Shown piece by piece: positions 38,231 through 48,200 of a stretch of DNA of 64,000 nt; the first letter of the stretch is position 1, and each line of letters begins with the position of its first letter. Both the position numbers and the translations under genes were made by a program. The notes beneath the pieces are model-generated. The model ran no database searches and had not been told where the DNA came from. It saw only the letters and a list, made by a program, of their open reading frames with translations. The DNA is from a virus, in IMG/VR virus record IMGVR_UViG_3300037418_003060, positions 27,169 to 91,168 of that record; one strand, 5' to 3'.

Positions 38231-39063
38231 CAGATCTCCTCGAATTGCAGCTGGGTAACGTACTGCTGGAACTGCGGATTGGACACGGTAAAGTCGCTCA
38301 TGCGCTTGCAGTACATCTGGTGCACCTGCTCAAGGGAAGTGTCCGCGTTTTCCGGGAAGACGCTGATGAACAGGGGCTTGACCCGGCCGGCGCCGACCAG
38401 GATGTTCCACAGCGCCTGGCGCTCGTCCGGGGTCAGGTTGCTCATGTCGAAGCTGAGCTGGCGGTGCATCGTGCCCACGTCGGAGAGCAGCTGGCCGGCG
38501 TCGCTGCGCACGTTGTTGCTCGTGTCCACGGAGGACGCCTTGGCGCCATAGTCGACGTTCTTCTTGCCTTCCCAGTACTGCCCGACGATCAGTCGGCCGA
38601 TCTCGAGGTAGGTGGCCGCGTTGCCCGGATCGCTGATCGTGATCGTGACCTTCTGTGCCGTGATCTGCGGGATGTACACGCGAGCGATCGCAGAGCCGAC
38701 ATAGCTGTAGGCATTCACGCCCAGCTTGTCAAAGCCCCAGGACAAGAGGTTCAACGGGGTGGGCGGGCAGGCCAGCACCGCGCCGCTGTCGTACGCCGGC
38801 GCGGCGTCGCCGGTGTTGGTGTAGACCTTGACCTGCACGGTCGCCAGCGAAGACAGGTTGGCGTACGGCAGCACGACGGCGCCGAAGGTCTGGGCGCTCG
38901 CCCAGGTGGCCGTGACGGTCTCGACGAGGCTGCTCGAGCGCCACATGAGGCCAGTGTCGTCGTTTTGGAGGTTGGCCACCCCCAGCGCGGTGCTGGCCGA
39001 GGACGTGGCAGACAACGTGGCCTGGTCGGCCACGTTGCTGTTGATCACGCGGATATTGGGCAT
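38230..39063 (-). CDS. Tail/baseplate protein
   Basis: Position in the tail-tip cluster; VANLQ...WRS, YLEIGRLIVG motifs. Confidence 0.7.
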   Translation of the reverse strand: MPNIRVINSNVADQATLSATSSASTALGVANLQNDDTGLMWRSSSLVETVTATWASAQTFGAVVLPYANLSSLATVQVKVYTNTGDAAPAYDSGAVLACPPTPLNLLSWGFDKLGVNAYSYVGSAIARVYIPQITAQKVTITISDPGNAATYLEIGRLIVGQYWEGKKNVDYGAKASSVDTSNNVRSDAGQLLSDVGTMHRQLSFDMSNLTPDERQALWNILVGAGRVKPLFISVFPENADTSLEQVHQMYCKRMSDFTVSNPQFQQYVTQLQFEEI

Positions 39064-39093
39064 GGTGGCGGCGGCTGGTATTGATATATGGAA

Positions 39094-39122
39094 ATGATGG
39101 CACAATTTGTGCTTTGAGGCAA
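39094..39122 (-). promoter_or_regulatory. Late promoter with spacer dyad / reversed sigma54-like box
   Basis: - strand TTGCCT-N17-CATCAT; + strand TGGCACAATTTGTGCT (39098-39113) containing the palindrome GCACAA-T-TTGTGC. Confidence 0.55.
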
Positions 39123-39128
39123 CGCAAG

Positions 39129-40823
39129 TCAGCCTGATTCGTAGATGCAGGCGATCATCCTCGCCTCGCCCGGGGAACCGAACACGGCCGCCTCGCGCGC
39201 ACGCGCCACGGTGAAGTTGTGCTTCTGGGTCTCGTCCTGGCGCATGCCCTTGCCCGGTGTCGAACTGGTGCAGATGAAGTCGCCTGCGGCGATGTCGCCG
39301 TTCTCGCCGCACACGTTGATCTGGCCCTCGCCCAGCGCGTTGACGAGCACCAGGCGGTAGGCGTCCTTGAGCGCGGCGTATTCCGGCGCGTATTCGGTCT
39401 GGTCGACATGCACGAGGTCGCCGAAGTCGTCGTGGATCTCGAGGGCCGGCAGGTACTGCTGCACCAGCGTGGTCGGCTTGTTTTCGCTCAGCGGGCCGGC
39501 GTCGGCCGCCAGCACGCCCAGCACCGCGGCCTGGCGTGGCGCCGACGCCAGCGCCACCTCGAACAGCGTATTGCTTACGTCCTTCCGCGCCACGCAGCGC
39601 AGGTCAACCACGATGTCGCCGACCTCGAAGGCGGTGCCATTGGCCAGCAGCGCATCGTGGCTACCGGTGAACGGGCCGGCCGTGCCGCCGGCCGAATAAA
39701 ACGAGTAGCTGCCATAGCCAACATAGCCGGTGCCGGTGCCGCTGCCGTTGCTGCCGGAAATGGCCGGCGCGGAGCCGCCAAAACTGGAGGCGTCGATGGT
39801 GGCAGCACTCGGGTTGCCGCCGCCGCCGGAATTGGAGCAGCTGAAGTTGTAGCCGGACATCCGGCAGTAGCCGACAGTCGAGCCGCCGTAGCCGGCGCTC
39901 AGCAGCGACACGCCGGACACGGAGCTGGCGATGTTCAGGCTGAGACCGGACAGCGTGCCGGCGGTGACCTTGCCGGCGCTTAAATTTCCGATCAGCGCAT
40001 CACCGATGGCGGCGGCCGCAATATAGGTGCTGATGTTGCTGGAATCGAGGAGGCCGTACAGGTTGCTACCAATCGTGGCACCGACGGTCGCGCCCGCCGC
40101 GATGCCATTCAGCTTCAGCCCTGCGGCTGCATCCAGCGCGGCCAGCGTGGTAGGCTTGTTCGCCACCCAGCTGACCCAGTCGATCTTCACGCCAGCGCCG
40201 AAGATCACGTTGCCGACGGAATCCCGGATGGTCAGGTTGGTCGTGTCGATCGCCGCCGACTTGACCGACCCTGTCACCAGCAGGGTGCCATCGATCACAA
40301 GGCCGGGCGCCATCCACGCCGTGCCGGTCCAGGTCTTGGTCAGCGCGAAGGTGCCGTTATCCGAGATCACGACCGTGTCGCCCACCACCTTGCCGCCCGG
40401 GCAGGCCGCATCGGCGGTCGAGTCGGACCAGACGCTGCCGGTGGCGTAATAGGTGCCGGCGCCGCGCGCGCCGGACGCGCCGTCGGCGACCTTGACCACC
40501 GTCTGCGCGGAAGTGTAGGTGACGCCGTCCTTGGTGAAGGTGGCCGTCACCGTGACCGAGTTGCCGGTCAGGTCCGACGAGGCAAGGGTGGCGGTGTTGC
40601 CGCTGATCGTGAGCGGGGTGGTCGGAGCAGTGGTGTAGGTCACCGTGCCGGTCATGTTGAGCAGGTTGGCGACGAATGTCACGCTGGTGGGCGACAGGGT
40701 GGCACCACTGCTTTTGACGATGTTGGCGGTGGCGCCCAGCAGCAACGCACGGTCGCCCGGCGCGAAGAAACGCGGGCTCTCGGCCTGCAGCCGCACGCTG
40801 CGGTCGTTGACGACGGTAGCCAT
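39129..40823 (-). CDS. Central tail fibre/tip protein with C-terminal IMC-like domain
   Basis: DGASGARGAG, IDG.LLVTGSV, gpJ-like stalk repeats; GEGQINVCGENG.I..GD.I.TS..PG.GM.Q. Confidence 0.75.
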   Translation of the reverse strand: MATVVNDRSVRLQAESPRFFAPGDRALLLGATANIVKSSGATLSPTSVTFVANLLNMTGTVTYTTAPTTPLTISGNTATLASSDLTGNSVTVTATFTKDGVTYTSAQTVVKVADGASGARGAGTYYATGSVWSDSTADAACPGGKVVGDTVVISDNGTFALTKTWTGTAWMAPGLVIDGTLLVTGSVKSAAIDTTNLTIRDSVGNVIFGAGVKIDWVSWVANKPTTLAALDAAAGLKLNGIAAGATVGATIGSNLYGLLDSSNISTYIAAAAIGDALIGNLSAGKVTAGTLSGLSLNIASSVSGVSLLSAGYGGSTVGYCRMSGYNFSCSNSGGGGNPSAATIDASSFGGSAPAISGSNGSGTGTGYVGYGSYSFYSAGGTAGPFTGSHDALLANGTAFEVGDIVVDLRCVARKDVSNTLFEVALASAPRQAAVLGVLAADAGPLSENKPTTLVQQYLPALEIHDDFGDLVHVDQTEYAPEYAALKDAYRLVLVNALGEGQINVCGENGDIAAGDFICTSSTPGKGMRQDETQKHNFTVARAREAAVFGSPGEARMIACIYESG

Positions 40824-42298
40824 CAGATCAGCACTCCCACGGTGACGCGGCCCTGGCTCCACTTGGCCGACAGCGATACGACCATGCCGGCCACGCCGGC
40901 GGACAGGTTGAAATTCGGATGATGCAGGCGCACGTGCTGGCCCAGCTCAAGCTGCAGCAGCTCGGCGAAGGCCTCGAACTGGTAGGTGCGGCGCGCCACC
41001 TTGCGCAGGTTCAGGCGCCGGTTCGCCTCCGTGTTGGCGTCGGTACGGCGCAGCAGCAGCGTGTTCTCCTGCGTCGGGTCGCCGGTAAGGCGGTGGTTGG
41101 CCAGCGTCGTCGCATCGGTTACGGTCTCGGTCAGGTAATCGAGCGCGTAGTCCTGCTTGTCGAGCGCCGTGATGCTGGTCTTCAGGTCGGTCTGCACCGA
41201 GTTGTTCAGGCAAAAGCCCAGCTTGACCGCGCCCGACACCGGCATCGTGTCGGCGATGTGCAGGTCGTGCTCGATCATGTGCTGGGGGTAGATGTCGAAG
41301 GTCGGCACCAGGTTGGCCAGGTCCACCTGGAACAGGCGCAGCTTGCCCAGGCGTGACACCGTCATCTGCGCACCGACGCTGTCGGCGACCTGCTTGCAGG
41401 CCTCGAGCACGTTGGTGCGGTCGGCCAGGTACAGCCCGACCGGCTGCGGGTGCGCCGTATCGAACGCGGCAAGGTTGACCGCGTCCAGGTCGGTCGAGGT
41501 GAAGCGGGTGGAGACCGGGCCGTAGTTGGTGACCAGCACCTGCACGACCTTCGACACCGTGTTGACGTAGGCGCCGCTGCTCTTGTCGCCCTGCACGTCG
41601 GCCGTGATGTTCCCGGCCGGCGACTGCAGCAGCTGGAACTTGCCGTTGGCCGGGTCGGACGTGATCGAGACCGGAATGCCGTCGTCGCGCACCTCGATCA
41701 CGCTTTCGCTGGCGCCGATGTGGTACTGGTAGGTCAGCGTGGCCTGGTCGACCATCAACGGCTCGATATTGAACACCTCGCCGAAGGTCAGCGGCAAGGT
41801 GGAATCCTTGTTGGTCCCGGTGCCGCCCAGCTTGGCCTCGCTCACCGCGGCATTCAGGGCCTGCAGCTTGTCGCGCACCTTGAACGAGATCTTGTCGCGG
41901 CTCTTGCTGGAGATCTCGGCCACCAGGCCGTCGAACACGAGCCGGAAGTCGCCGCGCACCCAGCGCGAGTCGCCCAGGTAGATCCGCAGCGGCCGGTTGG
42001 TCCAGACGTCCAGCAGCCAGCTGTCCAGTGCACGGTCGGCGTTGAACAGGCTGACCTCACCCAGCGTCATCGTCGCGTCGGACGAGGTCGACAAGGTCTC
42101 GTTGGTCACCACGTCCTGCTTGACGATGCGCTTCAGGTAGGGCGTGTGCGCCGGCGTGTCGCCGGCGCCGGTGGTGTAGTCGCGGTCGGACAGGTACCGG
42201 GTCTGCTCGGTACCGCCGGACAGCACGCCGACCTCGATCAGCACCACGCGCAGGGCGTTCCGGTCGGCCAGCCATGCGAAATATTGTTGGTCGGTCAT
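40823..42298 (-). CDS. Tail tip/hub protein
   Basis: Immediately after the tape measure; PL.FGEVFNIEP motif. Confidence 0.72.
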   Translation of the reverse strand: MTDQQYFAWLADRNALRVVLIEVGVLSGGTEQTRYLSDRDYTTGAGDTPAHTPYLKRIVKQDVVTNETLSTSSDATMTLGEVSLFNADRALDSWLLDVWTNRPLRIYLGDSRWVRGDFRLVFDGLVAEISSKSRDKISFKVRDKLQALNAAVSEAKLGGTGTNKDSTLPLTFGEVFNIEPLMVDQATLTYQYHIGASESVIEVRDDGIPVSITSDPANGKFQLLQSPAGNITADVQGDKSSGAYVNTVSKVVQVLVTNYGPVSTRFTSTDLDAVNLAAFDTAHPQPVGLYLADRTNVLEACKQVADSVGAQMTVSRLGKLRLFQVDLANLVPTFDIYPQHMIEHDLHIADTMPVSGAVKLGFCLNNSVQTDLKTSITALDKQDYALDYLTETVTDATTLANHRLTGDPTQENTLLLRRTDANTEANRRLNLRKVARRTYQFEAFAELLQLELGQHVRLHHPNFNLSAGVAGMVVSLSAKWSQGRVTVGVLI

Positions 42299-45200
42299 CG
42301 GAGCTCCACGGTGTTGGCGCTGCTCCAGGCCGCTTCCTGGGTGGCGGCCTTGGTGCCGTCGACAATGGTGTCGGCAGCATTCTCGCTAGTGGCGGCCAGC
42401 GCCTGGATCAGGGCGCCGGTCTGCTGGGTCTGCCCGGTCTTCAGGTCCGCCACCTGCTGGTTCAGGGCAGCGATCTGGGTGTTCAGGCCAGACAGGGTCG
42501 AGGCCATGCTGACGTCGTTGCCCACCAGCGACAGCGCGCTCTGGTGCGCGGCGTACTCGGGGCTGTTCTTGAAAAAGTCGGCGATGGTGTTGAAAGTCAC
42601 CCCGTTCTGCAGCTGCTGCATCCAGAAGTTCAGGCCGGCCTGGTCCGGAGCACGGCCAAGCAGTTCCTGGTACAGGTCGGTCAGGCCAGTGCGCTGCAGG
42701 TCCGTCGAGGTGCTGTTCTGCGCCAGGCGCAGGTTGTCGATCGCCTCGGCAACTGTCATGACCCCGCCCTTGAGGTCGATGACCCCGCCCACCACCAGCT
42801 TGAGCTGGTCCAGGCTGGAGCGCTGCACGTTCACCTGCTGGTCGGCCCACTTGGACATGTCGTCCATCGCGGCGGTGACGCGCTGGTAATCGCTGGTGTA
42901 GCTGTCGCCCGAGGCGTAGATCGTGCGCGAGGCTTCCAGGAACGCCTGCGCCGCGTTCTGCAGGTTGTCCTGCGCCGCGGTGTCACCGCCTTTCGCGCGC
43001 GCGAGCGTGAGTTCGTACTGGTTCCGCGCCTCGACGTACTTCTGCTCCGGCGTCAGCGGCGACAGGTTGCCCAAGGCCAGCTGGTCGCGGAACTTCTTGA
43101 GGCCGTCGCCGAACGACTTCATCCGGTCAATCGCCTGCTGGATCTTCTGCGACTCGTTGTCGTAGGCCTGCGACAGGGCATCCTTGGCGTCGGCCACGCC
43201 CTTGGCCAGCTGCAGCTGGTCGAACAGCGCCTGGTTGGCCGGGTCAAGGGCGTTGCGCTCCTTCTCGAGCAGCTGCACGCGCGTCATCGTCAGCTGGTCA
43301 AGCTGGTCCTGCAGGCCCTTGGCCTCGTCGGTCACCTTCTTGCCGGCGTCGACGATCTGCTTGAACGCCGACGAGATGCTGATCAGCGTCGTGTAGGCCT
43401 GCGCGCCGGCCTCGGTCGAGGTGTCCAGCCCGGCCACGTAGTCGCGGTACGCCTTCATCGGGTCGGCGCCGGTGGTCGACAGGCCATACTGCGACAGGAC
43501 CGGGGCGATGCGCGCCCGCAGTGCGGCGGCTTGCTCCTGGTCGGTGTAGAAGTCCTTGAGGAACTGCTCGCTGGCTGAGGTGAACTTGTCCAGGCCGCCG
43601 GCCAGGTCGATCAGGCGCTCGCGCGCGTCGACCGAGGCCATGCCGACCGAATTGAAGGTCATGCCCAGCGCGCCCAGCACGGTATCGACCGTCTGGTAAT
43701 CGTTGGCGATGCGCGCCAGCGTCTGCAGCGCGCCTTCGCCCGCCTTCTGGGACTTCTGCAGGTCGCCCATGGCGAACCTGGCCATGTCGTCGCCCAGCTT
43801 CGACATGGCGGCCTGCAGCGCCTTTTGCACCTCGTCCGGCTTGAGGTCCTTGGTGCTGATCTTGCCGATGTCGACCACGAACGAGTCAAGCTTGGTCGTG
43901 AAGGTGCTGTCGGCCGTGCCCAGCACGCCGGCCGAGGCGATGATCGCCGCGCGCATGTTGGCAATCACCTTGGTGAACTGGTCGTCCACCTCCGCCCCCA
44001 GGCCGGTCAGGCTGGTGCCGTACTTGTCCTTGCCGAACCAGCCGCCGTCGGTCTTGGTGTCGCTGTACTGGTTGACGTGAGCACCGTTCGCCAGCAGGCC
44101 GCCCAGCGAACCGGAACTGAGCATGATGCCGGTATCGATGCTCGAGACCTTGCCCCCGAAAATAGAGTTGGTGATCTTGCTGATGGTCGGCCCCAGCAAG
44201 GTTCCGATCACGGCGCCGGCGAGCGCCCCGAGTGGCCCTCCCAGGGAGGCCATGGCCGTAAAAGCGGTCAGGCCTTCGCCGGCCATGAAGCCGACGCTGC
44301 CGCCCAGCGCCGCGCCGCCCAGCTTGGACACCCCGCTATACGGGTTGGACGAGCCGTACGCGGTCGTCGACAGCCCGTTCTGGTACAGCGTGTCGCCCAG
44401 CGTGCTGACGCTGCTCTGGATCGCGCGCAGCGCGTCCAGCATGCCCATGCTCACGTTCAGCCCCTGGAACGTGTTCTTGTCGATCGCGTCGAGCGCCTTG
44501 GCGATCGAGTCCGACTTGGCCTTGGTGTCGCCCAGGATCGAGCCGGCGCCCACGGCAGCCTGGCGGTCGATCGCCGTGGTGTCGGCGTGGCCGCCCGTCA
44601 GGCCGCCAGTCAGCTTGGCGCCGAGCGCGACGACAGCAGCCATCGTGGCCGCGCCGGCGGCCAGGTTGAGCGGGAACGGCAGCGAGGCGATCGCCTTGAT
44701 GACGGCGGTCGCGCCCCACGCGCTCGACTCGGTGGCGGCCAGGCCGACCGACGCGCCGGTGGCGGCGGCCTCGCCAGCGATCTTGGTGGCGTTGGTGGTC
44801 GTATTGACCGCCACCTCGGCCTCCTTCAGGAACGTCTTCTTGGCCAGCGCCTCGATCGCCAGCGCAAGCTCCCACGCGCGGAATACCTGCTCGGTGGTGC
44901 GCAGCACCTTGTAGCCGCGGCTGCTGGTGTCGAAGAAGCCCTCGGCCGCGGCGGCCATGTCGCCATAGCCCTTGATCTGGGCCGACGCGACGTCTTCAGC
45001 CGCTTTCTTCTTGTCGCCGTCCTTGGCCAGGTTGTCCTGGATCTGCGCCATGCGTGCGCCGTAGGCCTCGGTCGCGACCAGCATGTCGCCGATGCCCTTG
45101 CCACCGCGCCCGAACGCGCTGGCCAGTTCGGCGCCGATGGTCTTGGCCACGTCGACCCAGATGTTACGCACCTGCTCGGCCTGCGCCTCGATTTTCTTCA

Positions 45201-48200
45201 GGTCTTCCTCGGCCGCCTTCATCTCAGCCGGGTTGTCCGCCAATATGGCCGCACCCATGCGCGCGTGCTGGCGCGCCAGCAGGTCTGGCAGCGCCGCCTG
45301 GAACGTGCCCTGCATACGGCCGGCATTGTCGACGATCGCGCCCAGGCCGGCGTTGTCGCCGGAATTGTTGCGCAGGCCCTGCAGCTTGTTCTGCATCTGA
45401 GCCAGTGCCAGGTCGAACGCCTGCCCCATTTCCTGGAACAGGGCGGCCTCTTCGCCGGCGACCTTCAGGTCCAGCAAGAACGACTTGTAGCGCTCGAGCT
45501 GATCCTTGTACTCGGCGTTTTTCTTGTTGGCGATGTCCTTGTCCAGCTTTTCCAGCATATTGCTGTAATCGGCCTCGTACTTCATGTTGAACGCATCGAC
45601 CAGCTGGCCGCGATCGGCCAGCGTCTTCGCCTGGTACTGCAGCTCCTGCTTCGACATCTTGTCGAGCAGGTTCGCGCGCGCATCTTCCGCGGCGCGGTCA
45701 GCATCGGCGTTCTGGAACTCGGCCTCTTTGACCTTATTGTTGTACGCCTGGGTCTTGGCCAGCTTGTCGGCGCCCTTGGCCAATCGGGCCTGGTTCTGGG
45801 CCACCGTGACCTCGTCCTGCGTCAGCTGCTTCTTCACGCGCAGCTGCTCGTTGATCAGCTCAAGGTCGCCCAGTTCGCCGCGGCTATTCTGCGACTTCAG
45901 GCTGTCCAGTTCGGACTTGGCCTGCAGCTGCGCCAGACGGATCTTGCCCTGCTCAAGTGCAAGCTGGGCATTGAGGGCGTCCTTGTCGTTGGTCGGCTTG
46001 TCGGCGGCGAGCTTGGCGGCGTTGACGTGCTTCTCCACCTCACCAATCTGCTCGAGCACCTTGCCATATCCGACCTTCGCGTTGGTCAGTTCGATGACCT
46101 TGTCGACCTCTTCCTGCAGGGCCGGCGCAGCTTTCGGATTGACCTTCTGGATGGTATCCAGCGAGTCGGTCAGGGCGGTCAGGCGCTCGCTAATCGACTT
46201 GCGGTCGGTGGCCTCCTTCGCGCGCTGCTGGGCTTTGTCCAGGTCGGCCAGGCGCTGGCCCTGCTCGGTGATCTGGTCGTCGATGCGGGTGAGGTCGGCC
46301 TGGGCCTCTTCGATGGCCTTCTGGTGCTGCATTTTTTGCAGGTCGCCCACATACCCGGCGCTGCCTCCCGGAGACTGCGCGCGCAGATCCCGCAGGTGCT
46401 GTTCAGCGGTGTCGCGATCGCTCTGCAGGTGCACCATCGCCAGCTTGCCGGCAGCCTTCTCGCTGGCCTCGCCCACCTTGTCGAGCTGGTCGGCCATGTC
46501 GTTGAGACGCTTGATCTCGCGGTCGAAGGCGTCGATCGTCGTCTCGTGGGTGTTGATCTCCTTCTGCCGCTGGGCGTCGGCCGCCGACATTTTGCCAGAC
46601 ATCAGCTCGTACACGGTGATGGCTGCGGTGGCGGCAAGGCCCAGCCAGCCGAGCGAGGCGGACAGCAGGCGCGAGCCGGTAGCTGCCACGGCCATGCGCG
46701 CCTCGAGGGCGGTCGTTTCCGCGGCAAGGGCGCCGGCGCCCACCGCGGCCGCTGCTTCCTGCTCGGCCAGCAGCGACAGTTGGGCGCCTTCGGCGGCCGC
46801 GGCGACGCGCGCAGCCTCAGTAGCAATGGTTGCCACACGCTGCGCGGCAGCGAACTCGCCAATCAGTTTAGTGACAGTAGCGACACCGCGCAACGCAACG
46901 TACCCGGCCGCGGCCAACGCAATGGTGCCGGTGTGCTCGACCACGACCTGGCTCAGGCGCGCGACACCGGAAGCAAGGCCGGCCAGCATGTCGATAGTGT
47001 CCTGGCTGCCCGCCATGTGCATCAGGTCGTTCTCGACCTGACGGATCACTGGGCTGGCCGCTTCGAACGCTTTCACCACCGAGCCGTCAAGGGTGCTGCC
47101 CAGGCGCTTCCAGCCGCCTTCGACCGTGTCTTCCTTGACCAGCATGGCATCGAACATCTTGCCCTGCGAATCGTGCGCCGCTTCCAGCAGGTGCTTGTAG
47201 TCGCCCAGGTGCTGGGTCATCGCCTCCATCGCCTTGATGTCGCGCGACGAGAAGCCCATCTGCTTGAGCGTGTCGGCAGCACCGGAGCTGGAGAACTGGT
47301 TCAGCTTGGTCGACAGGTCGGTGATGATATCGGTGAATGGGCGGAATGCGCCGGTCTCCTGGTCCTTCACTTCCAGGCCCAGCTTCTGGATGACCTTGGC
47401 CGCCTTGTCGCTCGGCTCGTACAGCTTCATCATGGCCGACGACAGCGGCTGGATGGTCAGGCCGCGCTCGGCCAGCGTACCGACTGCCGCGGTGATCTCC
47501 TCCATCGACATGCCGAACAGCTCACCGGTGGTGGCAGCGCTCTTCATGTCCTCGGCCAGCTTGTGCACCGAGACGTTCGACTTGGCGCCGACCGCGACCA
47601 GGATGTCGCCGATCGACTCCAGGTCCGAGACCGATTTGCCGAACGCGTGCATCGACTCGACCGCCATTTCGGCAGCCTGGGCCACGCTCATCTCGCCCAG
47701 CACGGACAGGCGCATCACGGACGGCAGGGCGGCGAAGGCCTGCTGCTGGTCCATGCCTGCCTCGGCCAGGGCGTGCACGCCCTCGGCCGCGTCTTTCAGG
47801 CTGGTCAGCGTGCCGGCCGAGATGCCGATGAATTTGTCGACGTCGATCGGCTGCGTCTCGCCGGACAGGGCGTTCAGGCTGGCCAGCTGGTACTCGACCT
47901 CGGCGCCGGTTTCGGCGATGTGGTGCAGCGAAGCCGCCAGCGCGCCGCCGGCGAGCAGGGCGATCAGCTGGCCGTGGTTCAGGCCGTAAATGCCGGCCTG
48001 GTGCGCGGCCCCGCGGAACGCGCCCTCGGCTTGGCGCAGCGTGTCATTCAAGATGGTCTGCTCGCCGCGCAGGGCCGCGCCGGACGCCGCCAGACGGGCC
48101 TGCGCCATAGACAGGGCGTCCGCCTGGGAGGCGACGCTGCCGTACTTGGCCTGGGCGTCCCCGCCCAGACTGGCGTAGACCTGCGCCTGCGTGGCGGTGC

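Noticed and set aside
39061-39075. Kozak-like GCCGCCGCCACCATG before a tail gene
   Set aside because: Chance match in a GC-rich bacteriophage; no eukaryotic context.
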